Below are positions 8,695 to 17,894 of a stretch of 64,000 nt of DNA, in pieces (within the stretch, counting starts at the first letter, position 1; each line of letters starts with the position of its first letter). Under the pieces are notes generated by a model that saw only the letters and a list, made by a program, of their open reading frames with translations, was not told the DNA's origin and ran no database searches. This stretch comes from a virus. Lineage: Duplodnaviria > Caudoviricetes. The position numbers and the translations under genes are program-made. Location: positions 32,001 to 96,000 of the IMG/VR virus record IMGVR_UViG_3300044557_000107; one strand, written 5' to 3'.

Positions 8695-9198
8695 CTAATT
8701 ACCATTTCTGTAATCTTTTCTTTGCTCTGCCCCAAATTGAATCAGCATGTCCCTACGCTGTTCAAATGCTTTTACGAGGTACTGAAGCTGTAAGGAAAGT
8801 CGGTGAGACTCATTAACCTTTATAAGCTGCGCTTGATAACCTGTATCCTGTACAATTAAGGACTCAATATGGTCCTTTGTAGCTCGAATACCTTGCTTGC
8901 TAAGATCATTATAAACTTGATTATAATTATCGGATCTAATTTTGCTTAAAAGATTATTCTCGCTTTCTTCCTGTTCCTTACATATTGTATACACAGATGC
9001 CCAGTAAATATAATTAGAAGCTTGCTTAGTATACTCAATCTCATAGTTATCTGCGTTAAACTTTAAAAGATCTGATATGTTATATTCTTGAGCTTCACCG
9101 TTTTGGTCTACCAAACGGATAATATTAAAATCGAAGTTACCGATAGTTACTGTTATTTTACTCGTCATGTTTGTCCCCTCATATTTCTTGATATTCAT
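8695..9198 (-). CDS. UvsY-like recombination mediator (start may be 9168)
   Basis: Helical protein ending KAFEQRRDML; position between polymerase and SSB. Confidence 0.55.
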   Translation of the reverse strand: MNIKKYEGTNMTSKITVTIGNFDFNIIRLVDQNGEAQEYNISDLLKFNADNYEIEYTKQASNYIYWASVYTICKEQEESENNLLSKIRSDNYNQVYNDLSKQGIRATKDHIESLIVQDTGYQAQLIKVNESHRLSLQLQYLVKAFEQRRDMLIQFGAEQRKDYRNGN

Positions 9199-12100
9199 GC
9201 TTACGTTCTTTAAGTTCTTCTAGTCTCTTGTCATAAATATCACTATTTTCTTGGTCATCATCACTGAAATAATTAGAATCCTTTTGGTCGCTTAATTGAC
9301 TTATCTCATAATAGTATTTACAGTAACCTTGTGGTGAATTAAATGTTTTAAAGTCATCATAGTTAAAGTCTACCATATCGTTGTAAGTTAATCCAATAGA
9401 GTCTTCTGCCTCAATAGGGTATCTTACTTTCTTACCATTAATAGTAACTATAAGCCAATCATAAGGTAAGTTTTCCATAATATACTCGGCTTTCTGACCA
9501 GCCTTAGCCGCCTCATCAGCGGGGGAGTCTACTACAACAGAGTCATGAACAGTTAATACTACCCGAGACTTCATTTTGTTATCTATAAAGTATTTATTAA
9601 TGTAATAAATAGCGGTATTAGTTAAGAAAGTCCCAGTTCCTTGAACTATAGTATTTACAGATTGGCGAAGAGCTTTTTTAGATTCCCCCCGATCCCGAGA
9701 CCATATCCCACGAAGCCATCTTCTGAAGCCTGGAACTGTTAAGACATAGCCTTTGTCTTCAACAAACTTGTGGGAGTCATCAATAAACTTCTTCATTTCT
9801 GGCTTAGCATCCATGTACTTTTTTTCAAAGTCTTCGGCTTCTTCTACCGTCTGATTTGTTTGTTTCGCCACCGAAGCAGAACCTCTACCATACAGGATAC
9901 CAAAATTTAAAGACTTTGCGTTTTGACGCATTTGTCGAGTTACTTCATCTTCGGGAATCCCTAAAGCCTGTGCCGCAGTAGCCTTATGAATGTCTTCTCC
10001 ATTAACAAAAGTATCATACATACCTTTATCTCCGGAGATTAACCCCGCAATTCTCATTTCTAGGTTAGCATAATCAATATTGTGAAGAACACCATTAGGG
10101 AACCGGGAAATAAATTCTCGCTTAATAGGATTCTGATAATCGAATCTTCCCACATCTGTAGTTGCATGAGGTAATTGTTGCATATTAGGGTTAGATGCAG
10201 ACAAACGAGATGTTTCAGTTCCGGTCTCTGAAAAAGATCCATGAGAATATCCATCAACATTAGATAAGTGTTTTTTAAGCTTATCTGTAAAATCACTTTT
10301 AAGTGTCTTGACCTTAGCCAATTCAACTAATAAGTTAGCATACTCTTTTTGGAGCTTCGAACCATTATCCTGAATATACTTTAAAGTCGTCTTAGCACTT
10401 AATGAATAATCTTGCCACGTTGCGTCTTCCTTGCTATTCATTTTCTTCCATGCAGAGTCTCCAAAATAATCACTATCAAAAGGAACCTCGGCTTCTAAGA
10501 AATTAAACAAAGCATATCGAATATCAAAAGGAGTTCCTGTAAATCCCAGACTATTTTTAAATTTGTTGCGGTAAACTACTAAATCCTCATCTCGATATCC
10601 AGCTTTTTTGAGTTCTTTAGGATATTTCAAATTACTACCCTTATGCGTATACTCTCGGTATAACTTGTCATATTCCATAAATTTGGCTTTATCTGTATCG
10701 TCCAAATTAGCATCTTTGGCTTTTAGAGGCTTTCCATCAATATCAAACACTAAATGGTACTTAGATTTCTGGAACTCCTTTAGCCCAATATCATACAAAT
10801 TTTGTTTATATTCAATTACTGCTTGAGAAGCAGGAAGATTAGTTAATTCTTTCATGAGCCGATCATACTCATTTTGATAAGACTCTTGTAAATTATTCAT
10901 ATAGTCTATATCTACCGCAATCCCAAAGTTTTGAATCCATACTAGGCCTAATACAATTTTAGGATAAAAGTTAAGCCATAAATCGAGAATCTTATGTTGA
11001 GGGTCCTCTGTATCACTCAACATATAATTTTTCTCCCATTGACAACATCTATAGGTCGCTACAGCATCTCCGCAAGCATAGGGTGTCATAATACTTAATG
11101 GAATCCAATCATAGTTAAACTTACCACCATCGACCTCGTTTACTAGCATGTTTGCCATAGACTCATGCCGGTGCTCATTAATTTGCGGAATAATAATAGG
11201 AATTAAAAGCTTATTTATAATTTCGTCTTGGTTAAACTTGTATTTATTAAAAATACTTAGATCAGTATTTTCTAGAATAGATGGAACGTCTGCATCTGAT
11301 AACATTATACTATCCTTAAGTTGTTCTTTTTTAACTTTATACAGCTCATCCTTTTTATCTAAATTATCTTGAGCTTCCTTAATCTTGCCTTTAAGAATCT
11401 CATAAGCCCCTTTGAGTAATACTTGACTAACCCATTTATGGAAATCTTCCAATGGATCATCGTAACCACCCATATCAGTAAGCTCTTTAGATAAATCAGT
11501 AAGTCTTAGAGATTCTTTTACAGCCTGATTAATGGTTAAATAATAACCATCTTTAGTATCTATAACTTTGTTGAAATTAAAATTATAGTCTTTAAAAGTA
11601 TACATGATCATGCTTAAATCATATTTAGAGTTATGCATTACCTTGTAATTGTTATTAGCATAAATTTGAGCAATCTTTTTAATAATATTGTTTAATTGAT
11701 CAGAACTCCATCCTTTGAAATCTCGATGGTAAATTGGAATTTCATATCCAGTATTGGGGTCCATAGCTATGGTAAATACCAGTATTTTTGCTCCTTTAGT
11801 ATAGGCGTCCAAAGTATTAGTTTCCGTATCTAAAGCAACCAAAGGACTGTTAATAGCCTTATTTAGTACTTCCATTGTTTTATCATAATCATCTAAGAAA
11901 ACACTTTTATATCCTCCTAGATTACTATCAATAGAACCATCCAAAAGATAATCTTTAATATAAGCAAAACCAATATTACGCTTAAACGCTAAATTGGGGT
12001 CTAAATCAATACGTTCTTGAGAATAAATAGGAATAGTCCATTTAGTGCTTTTACTATCAGTCTTCAGGGATCGAGGAAAACTATAATCTACTTTAGAAAA

Positions 12101-12445
12101 CCCCAAATATTTCATACAAGCAATTCCCAAAGGACCTGTAGGGATTACAAGATCTACCTCAGAATCTATAACTTTACTACGTAGTCTCTCATAATAAGGT
12201 TCCATAGAAGATAACTTAGCTTTAGGGACATTATAAGACGTAATATTTCCGTAATAGTCTCTGTTTTTAACTTCTGGTATTTTCGTATAAACATAATCAA
12301 ATACATAATCTTTATTGTATATCATACCAATAGACTTCAAAACCTTAATAAATTCTTTTCCCGTATTGGATTTTGCATAGTCTAATTTACCATCAGCAAA
12401 ATAGTCCTGACGTAAGTATTCTATTAAAACTAAAACTTTAGGCAT
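9179..12445 (-). CDS. polA: Family A DNA polymerase with 3'-5' exonuclease and extended N-terminal domain
   Basis: ALDTET, HNSKYD, YACGD, RLSASNPNMQQLP, DYANLEMR, RQNAKSLNFGILYG and TVHDS motifs. Start MPKV at 12445 preferred over 12490. Uninterrupted. Confidence 0.95.
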   Translation of the reverse strand: MPKVLVLIEYLRQDYFADGKLDYAKSNTGKEFIKVLKSIGMIYNKDYVFDYVYTKIPEVKNRDYYGNITSYNVPKAKLSSMEPYYERLRSKVIDSEVDLVIPTGPLGIACMKYLGFSKVDYSFPRSLKTDSKSTKWTIPIYSQERIDLDPNLAFKRNIGFAYIKDYLLDGSIDSNLGGYKSVFLDDYDKTMEVLNKAINSPLVALDTETNTLDAYTKGAKILVFTIAMDPNTGYEIPIYHRDFKGWSSDQLNNIIKKIAQIYANNNYKVMHNSKYDLSMIMYTFKDYNFNFNKVIDTKDGYYLTINQAVKESLRLTDLSKELTDMGGYDDPLEDFHKWVSQVLLKGAYEILKGKIKEAQDNLDKKDELYKVKKEQLKDSIMLSDADVPSILENTDLSIFNKYKFNQDEIINKLLIPIIIPQINEHRHESMANMLVNEVDGGKFNYDWIPLSIMTPYACGDAVATYRCCQWEKNYMLSDTEDPQHKILDLWLNFYPKIVLGLVWIQNFGIAVDIDYMNNLQESYQNEYDRLMKELTNLPASQAVIEYKQNLYDIGLKEFQKSKYHLVFDIDGKPLKAKDANLDDTDKAKFMEYDKLYREYTHKGSNLKYPKELKKAGYRDEDLVVYRNKFKNSLGFTGTPFDIRYALFNFLEAEVPFDSDYFGDSAWKKMNSKEDATWQDYSLSAKTTLKYIQDNGSKLQKEYANLLVELAKVKTLKSDFTDKLKKHLSNVDGYSHGSFSETGTETSRLSASNPNMQQLPHATTDVGRFDYQNPIKREFISRFPNGVLHNIDYANLEMRIAGLISGDKGMYDTFVNGEDIHKATAAQALGIPEDEVTRQMRQNAKSLNFGILYGRGSASVAKQTNQTVEEAEDFEKKYMDAKPEMKKFIDDSHKFVEDKGYVLTVPGFRRWLRGIWSRDRGESKKALRQSVNTIVQGTGTFLTNTAIYYINKYFIDNKMKSRVVLTVHDSVVVDSPADEAAKAGQKAEYIMENLPYDWLIVTINGKKVRYPIEAEDSIGLTYNDMVDFNYDDFKTFNSPQGYCKYYYEISQLSDQKDSNYFSDDDQENSDIYDKRLEELKERKHEYQEI

Positions 12446-12476
12446 TATATTACCAACTTTCTTAATTATACTAAAA

Positions 12477-12507
12477 TAAGGGTACCACAAAGGTATCCTT
12501 AAGTCAA
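12477..12507 (-). promoter_or_regulatory. Palindrome overlapping a candidate promoter, upstream of the polymerase
   Basis: TAAGGATACC-N5-GGTACCCTTA-TTTT; TTGACT-17-TACCCT. Confidence 0.5.
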
Positions 12508-12516
12508 GTTAAAATA

Positions 12517-13290
12517 TTAATTTTGTTTTAATGCCTGATCTAGGCTAATCTTATGCCCATGACTAACAACATTCCCTTGATCACAGTCTCTATAGTAATT
12601 CAACAGAGCCTTTTCAGATACATTATTTGCTACTAATTGAATTCCCATACCCCACACTGATAGTGGCTGTTGCATAATCTTAAAGCATCTGAACTTATCC
12701 TCGGAATTAAGCAAGTAACTATCATTTACTTTATGATAATATCTTTCGCTATCTTTTGTAAGTTGAGACTCTTGCTTGCTTGGAAAGTTTAAAATTATTT
12801 GATCAACATTTGTATGAACTTGATACAGTCCAAAAAGAAGTTGTTCCGGGTCATCTTCTGGGAGACTGATATTAAGACTTAAAATAACTTCGGTAGCTTT
12901 AAAGGCTTCCTGAATATTAGTGACCATATCACCATATTCTTGATACTTATCCCATAAGTAAACTAAAGTCCCATTGGAGTACCTATTAAAAATATCCATG
13001 ATCTCTACAGGAATTGTATCTTCTGTATAAACATAAATATGAGCTACCTTTGGAGCCATTAATTCAATTAATTCAATATCCTTTTCAGTAGTACTATAAA
13101 ACTCATAAACGTCATTTAGATGCTCTAAATGATCAATTACAGAACCTTCAGTATTACTAAATACCTTTTTCAGACTATCAAAGTTTGCCTCAGTAACTTT
13201 TTGGCGTAATGCATAGTCACTAGGAATAACTAAGTTAAGATTATATTTATGGGTTGTATTATAGATTACTGGACGTTTCTGCTTTACCAT
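12517..13290 (-). CDS. Hypothetical phage protein
   Basis: 257-aa ORF in the replication operon. Confidence 0.6.
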   Translation of the reverse strand: MVKQKRPVIYNTTHKYNLNLVIPSDYALRQKVTEANFDSLKKVFSNTEGSVIDHLEHLNDVYEFYSTTEKDIELIELMAPKVAHIYVYTEDTIPVEIMDIFNRYSNGTLVYLWDKYQEYGDMVTNIQEAFKATEVILSLNISLPEDDPEQLLFGLYQVHTNVDQIILNFPSKQESQLTKDSERYYHKVNDSYLLNSEDKFRCFKIMQQPLSVWGMGIQLVANNVSEKALLNYYRDCDQGNVVSHGHKISLDQALKQN

Positions 13291-13549
13291 GATCCTTTAC
13301 CTTTGCTTTCCATGCTTTTATTTTCCCAATATTAAAGTCGTTCCATTCATCTACTTTTACGCCATCTTTGAATATCCTAACTAAGGGCGCCGATAGCATA
13401 TTAAGTTTATCCATATAGGATATCACATCACTATTAGTATTGCTCATTCGATCTATTAACTCCATATCAACAGGCATTGGGCTTAACTGCATCTCCGTAA
13501 GACGACATTTTTGACAACCTTTGGTATGAAATATTTGTGCAGTATACAT
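13259..13549 (-). CDS. nrdH: NrdH-like glutaredoxin
   Basis: CQKC active site, SAP motif, W.DF. Confidence 0.75.
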   Translation of the reverse strand: MYTAQIFHTKGCQKCRLTEMQLSPMPVDMELIDRMSNTNSDVISYMDKLNMLSAPLVRIFKDGVKVDEWNDFNIGKIKAWKAKVKDHGKAETSSNL

Positions 13550-13577
13550 TTAATCAAATCCCCTTGTATGCACTATA

Positions 13578-14102
13578 TCAAACAAACAAGTAGGGTAGAT
13601 CCAGTCTTTTAAGTAGCTGATTCGTTAACTTCTTATAGTCCTTTGTAACATCTTTAGGAATATTGCTCATGTAATGAAGATAGTTAATGTACACGTCATC
13701 TTTAATTAAATTCTGGGGGTATCCTAAGTTACTTGCTAGTTTCTTATAGTGCTCTTTTATATATTTATATAGCTCTATTAATTTAGTTGATTCTATCGAA
13801 AAATCTAAATTAAATTTAAATAGCTTAGGAACAACATCCAAAGCAAGTATGATCTGGCCAACAGCATCTAGTATAAACTGATATTGATACTGGTCGTCAC
13901 TAGATTTAATACTTGAAGAGTCTAAAAGTATCTTCGATACCTGATCATAGTATTCCCATGGTTCAATTGGACTTGGAAGATCTTTAAGTATATTATTAAG
14001 ACCAAAATTCTCAAAAATAGGCTTAGAATTAGGAATATCTTCTATAAGTTTATTATAGTAAGACTGCCATGTCGTATATTTAAAAGACGTCATTAATATC
14101 AA
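13578..14102 (-). CDS. Hypothetical phage protein
   Basis: 174-aa ORF. Confidence 0.55.
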   Translation of the reverse strand: MILMTSFKYTTWQSYYNKLIEDIPNSKPIFENFGLNNILKDLPSPIEPWEYYDQVSKILLDSSSIKSSDDQYQYQFILDAVGQIILALDVVPKLFKFNLDFSIESTKLIELYKYIKEHYKKLASNLGYPQNLIKDDVYINYLHYMSNIPKDVTKDYKKLTNQLLKRLDLPYLFV

Positions 14103-14733
14103 CTTCCTTTGTTAAACCCGGTGAATCTTTAGACTCTTCTAAAGAAATAGGACTGCTACAATCCCATTTATCCTTATCGTTTAGTATACTTTTCTGATAC
14201 CCCAAGTATTCTGATAAGTCTTGGACCTCTAAAAAATCGTCTAAGTCCATCAATAAAGTTTGAGAACTTCTGCGGTCTTCTCCTAGAGTATAATAGAATA
14301 GGTTATTACGAATAACATAATAATTGTCACGAATGTTATCAAGCAGTTCTGCATTATAAGGAAACACAATGTAGTTATGAGTATGGTAACCTGCGTAAAC
14401 TAGCAAAGGAACACTATGACTTGCGATAGATTCCCGCATTGTTTGGGACCACCATGTTTCCTCTTTACAAGTATCTCTAAATTGGTAAGTGTGGTAGCAG
14501 TAATGCTCGATTGAGGCATTATCATACTTTTTACATTCGATCAAAGAGTGCCATTCTGGTATCTCAGTAGTCATCACGTCACCATAAACATCTGGAGACC
14601 AATGTAAAGACCCTGAAGCGGGGGTTGAATGAAAATCCTTATTAGCCCAGTCCGAAAATTTGTGTGCAATAACATTCTGGTAGCTAAAACCTTTTGAATG
14701 TGCATCATGCCCTACTTTTGATCTTGACACCAT
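14080..14733 (-). CDS. Holliday junction resolvase (Hjc-like PD-(D/E)XK)
   Basis: SKG..Y, TPASG, GDV, IECKK and WWSQ motifs; synteny. Confidence 0.8.
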   Translation of the reverse strand: MVSRSKVGHDAHSKGFSYQNVIAHKFSDWANKDFHSTPASGSLHWSPDVYGDVMTTEIPEWHSLIECKKYDNASIEHYCYHTYQFRDTCKEETWWSQTMRESIASHSVPLLVYAGYHTHNYIVFPYNAELLDNIRDNYYVIRNNLFYYTLGEDRRSSQTLLMDLDDFLEVQDLSEYLGYQKSILNDKDKWDCSSPISLEESKDSPGLTKEVDINDVF

Positions 14734-14738
14734 AATAA

Positions 14739-15125
14739 CTACTTCTTATCTTCTTGCTGTTTGCTTACTTCTTTGTCTAAAGCATCTGAAATCCGCGAAT
14801 AATATTCTTTGTATTTTTCAACGGCGGCTTCAATCTTTTCTTTGGGAACAGTATCATCAATAATGTATTCTAGAATCGTGAGCTCTTTGTTAATATGATT
14901 GAGAAACTTTTCGTTTTGCATTCCGAGTCCCGCATAAAATTCATAAACGTCCCCTAAATTAACAGACTTACGCCGTAAGAACTCATATTCTTCTTTGTTA
15001 GTATCATCTACTCCATCGGTGACAATCTTAAAGAACTTATTAAGATCCCCATCATCAAGTTGCTTTTTCTGTAATTGCTTAATTTGTTCATTCGATAATT
15101 TATTCTTCATTTTTGCTGTCTTCAC
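14739..15125 (-). CDS. Hypothetical phage protein
   Basis: 128-aa helical ORF. Confidence 0.55.
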   Translation of the reverse strand: MKTAKMKNKLSNEQIKQLQKKQLDDGDLNKFFKIVTDGVDDTNKEEYEFLRRKSVNLGDVYEFYAGLGMQNEKFLNHINKELTILEYIIDDTVPKEKIEAAVEKYKEYYSRISDALDKEVSKQQEDKK

Positions 15126-15432
15126 CTTTCAAGAATGAGTCAATCCCATCTTCTGTTTGCTTATCTAGCAGTTTAATGTCTTCTGCTTGACGAGCAGTAA
15201 TTACTTTACTCTTTTCAAGCACACTTAAAATATTACTATGTTTGAGTTCGGCTTCTTTCTGAAAAGCTTTAATCAGTACAGTCATATTATAAATGCTATA
15301 GCTAACTGCATTTTCAATATCTTTCCAGGTCGCCGTTTTGTCACCAAAGGACTTTTCTAAATGTGCTACTTTTTCTTTGTCTTTATTCATCAGAGCAGTT
15401 TTAAGCTCTTCAATATACTCTTCGATACTCAA
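15100..15432 (-). CDS. Hypothetical phage protein
   Basis: TTG start with GAGGTGA RBS. Confidence 0.6.
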   Translation of the reverse strand: MSIEEYIEELKTALMNKDKEKVAHLEKSFGDKTATWKDIENAVSYSIYNMTVLIKAFQKEAELKHSNILSVLEKSKVITARQAEDIKLLDKQTEDGIDSFLKGEDSKNEE

Positions 15433-15468
15433 AATATCACCTCAACTTAATTATAACATACATCGTCT

Positions 15469-16536
15469 TTAGTTAAGACCAAATAGCATAGCACTCTTTA
15501 CAGAATATTTTACTTTATAGTCTCTAATTATACTATAAATTCTATCCTTACCCAGACTATTTGCGTCTCTATTTGTAGAATTAAATACCATGTATACATT
15601 AGGATGCTGTCTGGAAATCCTTTTAGCCAACTCAATCATAATGTTTTTGGCGTCCATGTCAAGCAGTACTATGATAGGCGTTTCTTTTGGTACTGATGAG
15701 CATATCAAGTCTACTTGCTCATTTGAAACAGATTTACCGAAGGTAGCTACTGCGGGTGCCCCTAACGTAATCGCATCTGGAACCCCTTCTGTTACGATTA
15801 AATAGGGTTGGCTTTTAGCAACATTTAAATTAAAAACACAGTTTCTTTTAGAATAATGACCCTCTATTTCTGGTGCGTTTTTAGCTTTAACTGGGGACTT
15901 AACAATAGATCTTGTATTCCAGTAAATGGGAAGACCCTGGAAATCGTAAGTGGTAAATATAAGAGACTTGTAAATACTTGTTAAGTAATTCCCATCTAAA
16001 TCATATACTCTAGAAAATGGACAGTATCCTATGTGGTAACTTCGAATATCCTCTATGGAAAACCCTCGGGATTGACAGTAAGCAAAATATGGATATGCTT
16101 CCGGATTATATAAATTGTCTTCAAGAAGTTTAAATTCAGTTGGGAAAATCGTAGGATATATACTATTAATTGCTTGACCATCTAAATTAGATTCATTTTT
16201 TAGTATCCCTGTGTTACTTTCTAAAGCAAGAATTAATTGTTCCTTATCACTGGATTCCGGATTATAATTACGACTATCAAAACCTGCACCATAGTTAATT
16301 GCAATATCTTTTGCATTATTAAACCCGATGTTGTTTATCTTCATAATAAATTGGATAAAATTACCTGATTCTTTACAATGCTTACAATCCCATAATCCTA
16401 CACGTTCACTACCTTCATCTGTATTTACATAGAACTTATAATTACTTTCATGGCAAAAAGGACACAAATATCTTGTTTGACCAGAATTTGTGTCCATGCT
16501 TGTTCCTAATTGTTCATCAAAATAATCTTTAATCAA
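15469..16536 (-). CDS. dnaG: DNA primase (Zn finger + TOPRIM)
   Basis: CPFC...CKHC, TEGVPDA, ATFGK and LDMDA motifs. Confidence 0.9.
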   Translation of the reverse strand: MIKDYFDEQLGTSMDTNSGQTRYLCPFCHESNYKFYVNTDEGSERVGLWDCKHCKESGNFIQFIMKINNIGFNNAKDIAINYGAGFDSRNYNPESSDKEQLILALESNTGILKNESNLDGQAINSIYPTIFPTEFKLLEDNLYNPEAYPYFAYCQSRGFSIEDIRSYHIGYCPFSRVYDLDGNYLTSIYKSLIFTTYDFQGLPIYWNTRSIVKSPVKAKNAPEIEGHYSKRNCVFNLNVAKSQPYLIVTEGVPDAITLGAPAVATFGKSVSNEQVDLICSSVPKETPIIVLLDMDAKNIMIELAKRISRQHPNVYMVFNSTNRDANSLGKDRIYSIIRDYKVKYSVKSAMLFGLN

Positions 16537-16543
16537 GGAAACA

Positions 16544-16882
16544 CCTCGCTACAATAAACTTATAAAATATTGCTAATATAAGTCTAAATTCCTGCTTCTT
16601 CCTATCCCTGTTCTACTATTAGATTAGTAATAGCTACTTAGGTTTGTATAATAGCCCACAAGCGTAAATTCCCGTTTAGCCAGCGGTACATATTTAAGTA
16701 GCAGTCTAATAAGCTAACTTGAATTTAGAAGTGTTACAGATATTCTCACTAGCGTTAATATCTCTATCTAGGTGCGAACAACAATTGGGACAATCCCACT
16801 TTCTCACACTAAGGAATCGTTGTCCCATTGTTCTAAAGGCTTCGTTATAGAAGCCACATTGTGAGCATGTTTTAGAGCTAGG
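16544..16882 (-). pseudogene. tnpB: Remnant of a second TnpB element (probably IS607-type): Zn-finger/RuvC-III fragment plus structured 3' end
   Basis: PSSKTCSQCG...RKWDCPNC..HLDRDINASENI, then GTACCGCTGGCTAAACGGGAATTTACGC...GAAGCAGGAA, unlike the 3' end of the intact element. Right boundary approximate. Confidence 0.75.
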
Positions 16883-17133
16883 GTGAACCACTCGTTACTA
16901 AAGTAACGAGCTTCTAGGAACACTGCATACTTGGGTACCCTAAAGTACCTAGAGGTTACAGCTATTTACTAAGGGTCGTCCCGACCCATATTAGTTTACT
17001 TTAAGATTCTTAAGTAACTTATTAAGATACTTGGTTTTCGCATCTAAGGTTACCTAAGTTCTTTATGGTTCTTAGTATACTACTAGTTGATTCATCACGT
17101 AACTAAAGTAACGTGTTTTATCAACTTTTATTT
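16883..17133 (-). mobile_element. 251-bp non-autonomous IS200/IS605 mini-element, copy B, with omegaRNA
   Basis: Preceded by TTAT; left hairpin CACGTTACTTTAGTTACGTG; right hairpin CTCGTTACTTTAGTAACGAG; ends TTCAC. Confidence 0.9.
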
Positions 17134-17141
17134 ATAAATAA

Positions 17142-17828
17142 TTAGTTACTGTTGCTTACCTTCTTAACTTTCCGGCATTCCTGTAGCATATTGTATAGTG
17201 ACTGTAACTGATAAATTTTAAATTCTGTTTCTTTAGAAAGAACTACGTTTTTACCACTAGTCCCTTCACTAATTCCCAAAGGATATCCCTTGAAACGGTC
17301 CCCAGTAATTAAACTGTAAAGTAACATAACACCTTCACCGTGTGTATATGTTGGTAAAACATCTAAAAATCCTTGACTGATGTAAGCCCCATCTAAGATA
17401 TAGTCTATTTCAGAATTAATGGTTTTTATGCTCGACATAACATCTTCCATAGTATAACTACTGGGGTCATCAAGCCATGTAATAATAGAATATTCTTGTG
17501 ACCAAAATTTTAAATTTGAATTTGCCTTCTTAACACATTCAATAACATTATTACTTAATTTAGGCAACTCTTTAGCTTTCTGAGTGTTACCAATTTCTTT
17601 ATAAGCTGGGTCTTCATACCCTTTCAAATATTTAACATTTCGAGATAAATACACATCGTTAATTTTAGTATTTGTATAAAGATCGTATTGAAAGTTGCAT
17701 GGGTACCAATTGGGTAGTGTGTCATAGTCAAAATTAAATTCTGTACTAGGTCCCTTTTCAAATTTCGAGTAAATTGTTGCATGTCCTTGTAAATTTCCAG
17801 ATTCATCTAAATAATAATTCGTTCTCAT
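17142..17828 (-). CDS. Hypothetical phage protein
   Basis: 228-aa ORF with GAGGG RBS, between sbcC and primase. Confidence 0.6.
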   Translation of the reverse strand: MRTNYYLDESGNLQGHATIYSKFEKGPSTEFNFDYDTLPNWYPCNFQYDLYTNTKINDVYLSRNVKYLKGYEDPAYKEIGNTQKAKELPKLSNNVIECVKKANSNLKFWSQEYSIITWLDDPSSYTMEDVMSSIKTINSEIDYILDGAYISQGFLDVLPTYTHGEGVMLLYSLITGDRFKGYPLGISEGTSGKNVVLSKETEFKIYQLQSLYNMLQECRKVKKVSNSN

Positions 17829-17894
17829 AATTAGTCCCTCTAATTCCGTTTTCTTTATTATATCCTTTATCTTGCAGAAAATCTACCCAGTACC

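Noticed and set aside
9179-12490. Group I introns or homing endonucleases, common in pol/recA of related phages
   Set aside because: pol and recA are uninterrupted, and no HNH, GIY-YIG or LAGLIDADG ORF was recognised
16706-16891. 61-aa ORF as a functional gene
   Set aside because: It is a tnpB C-terminal fragment whose apparent GTG start comes from the mini-element's right end
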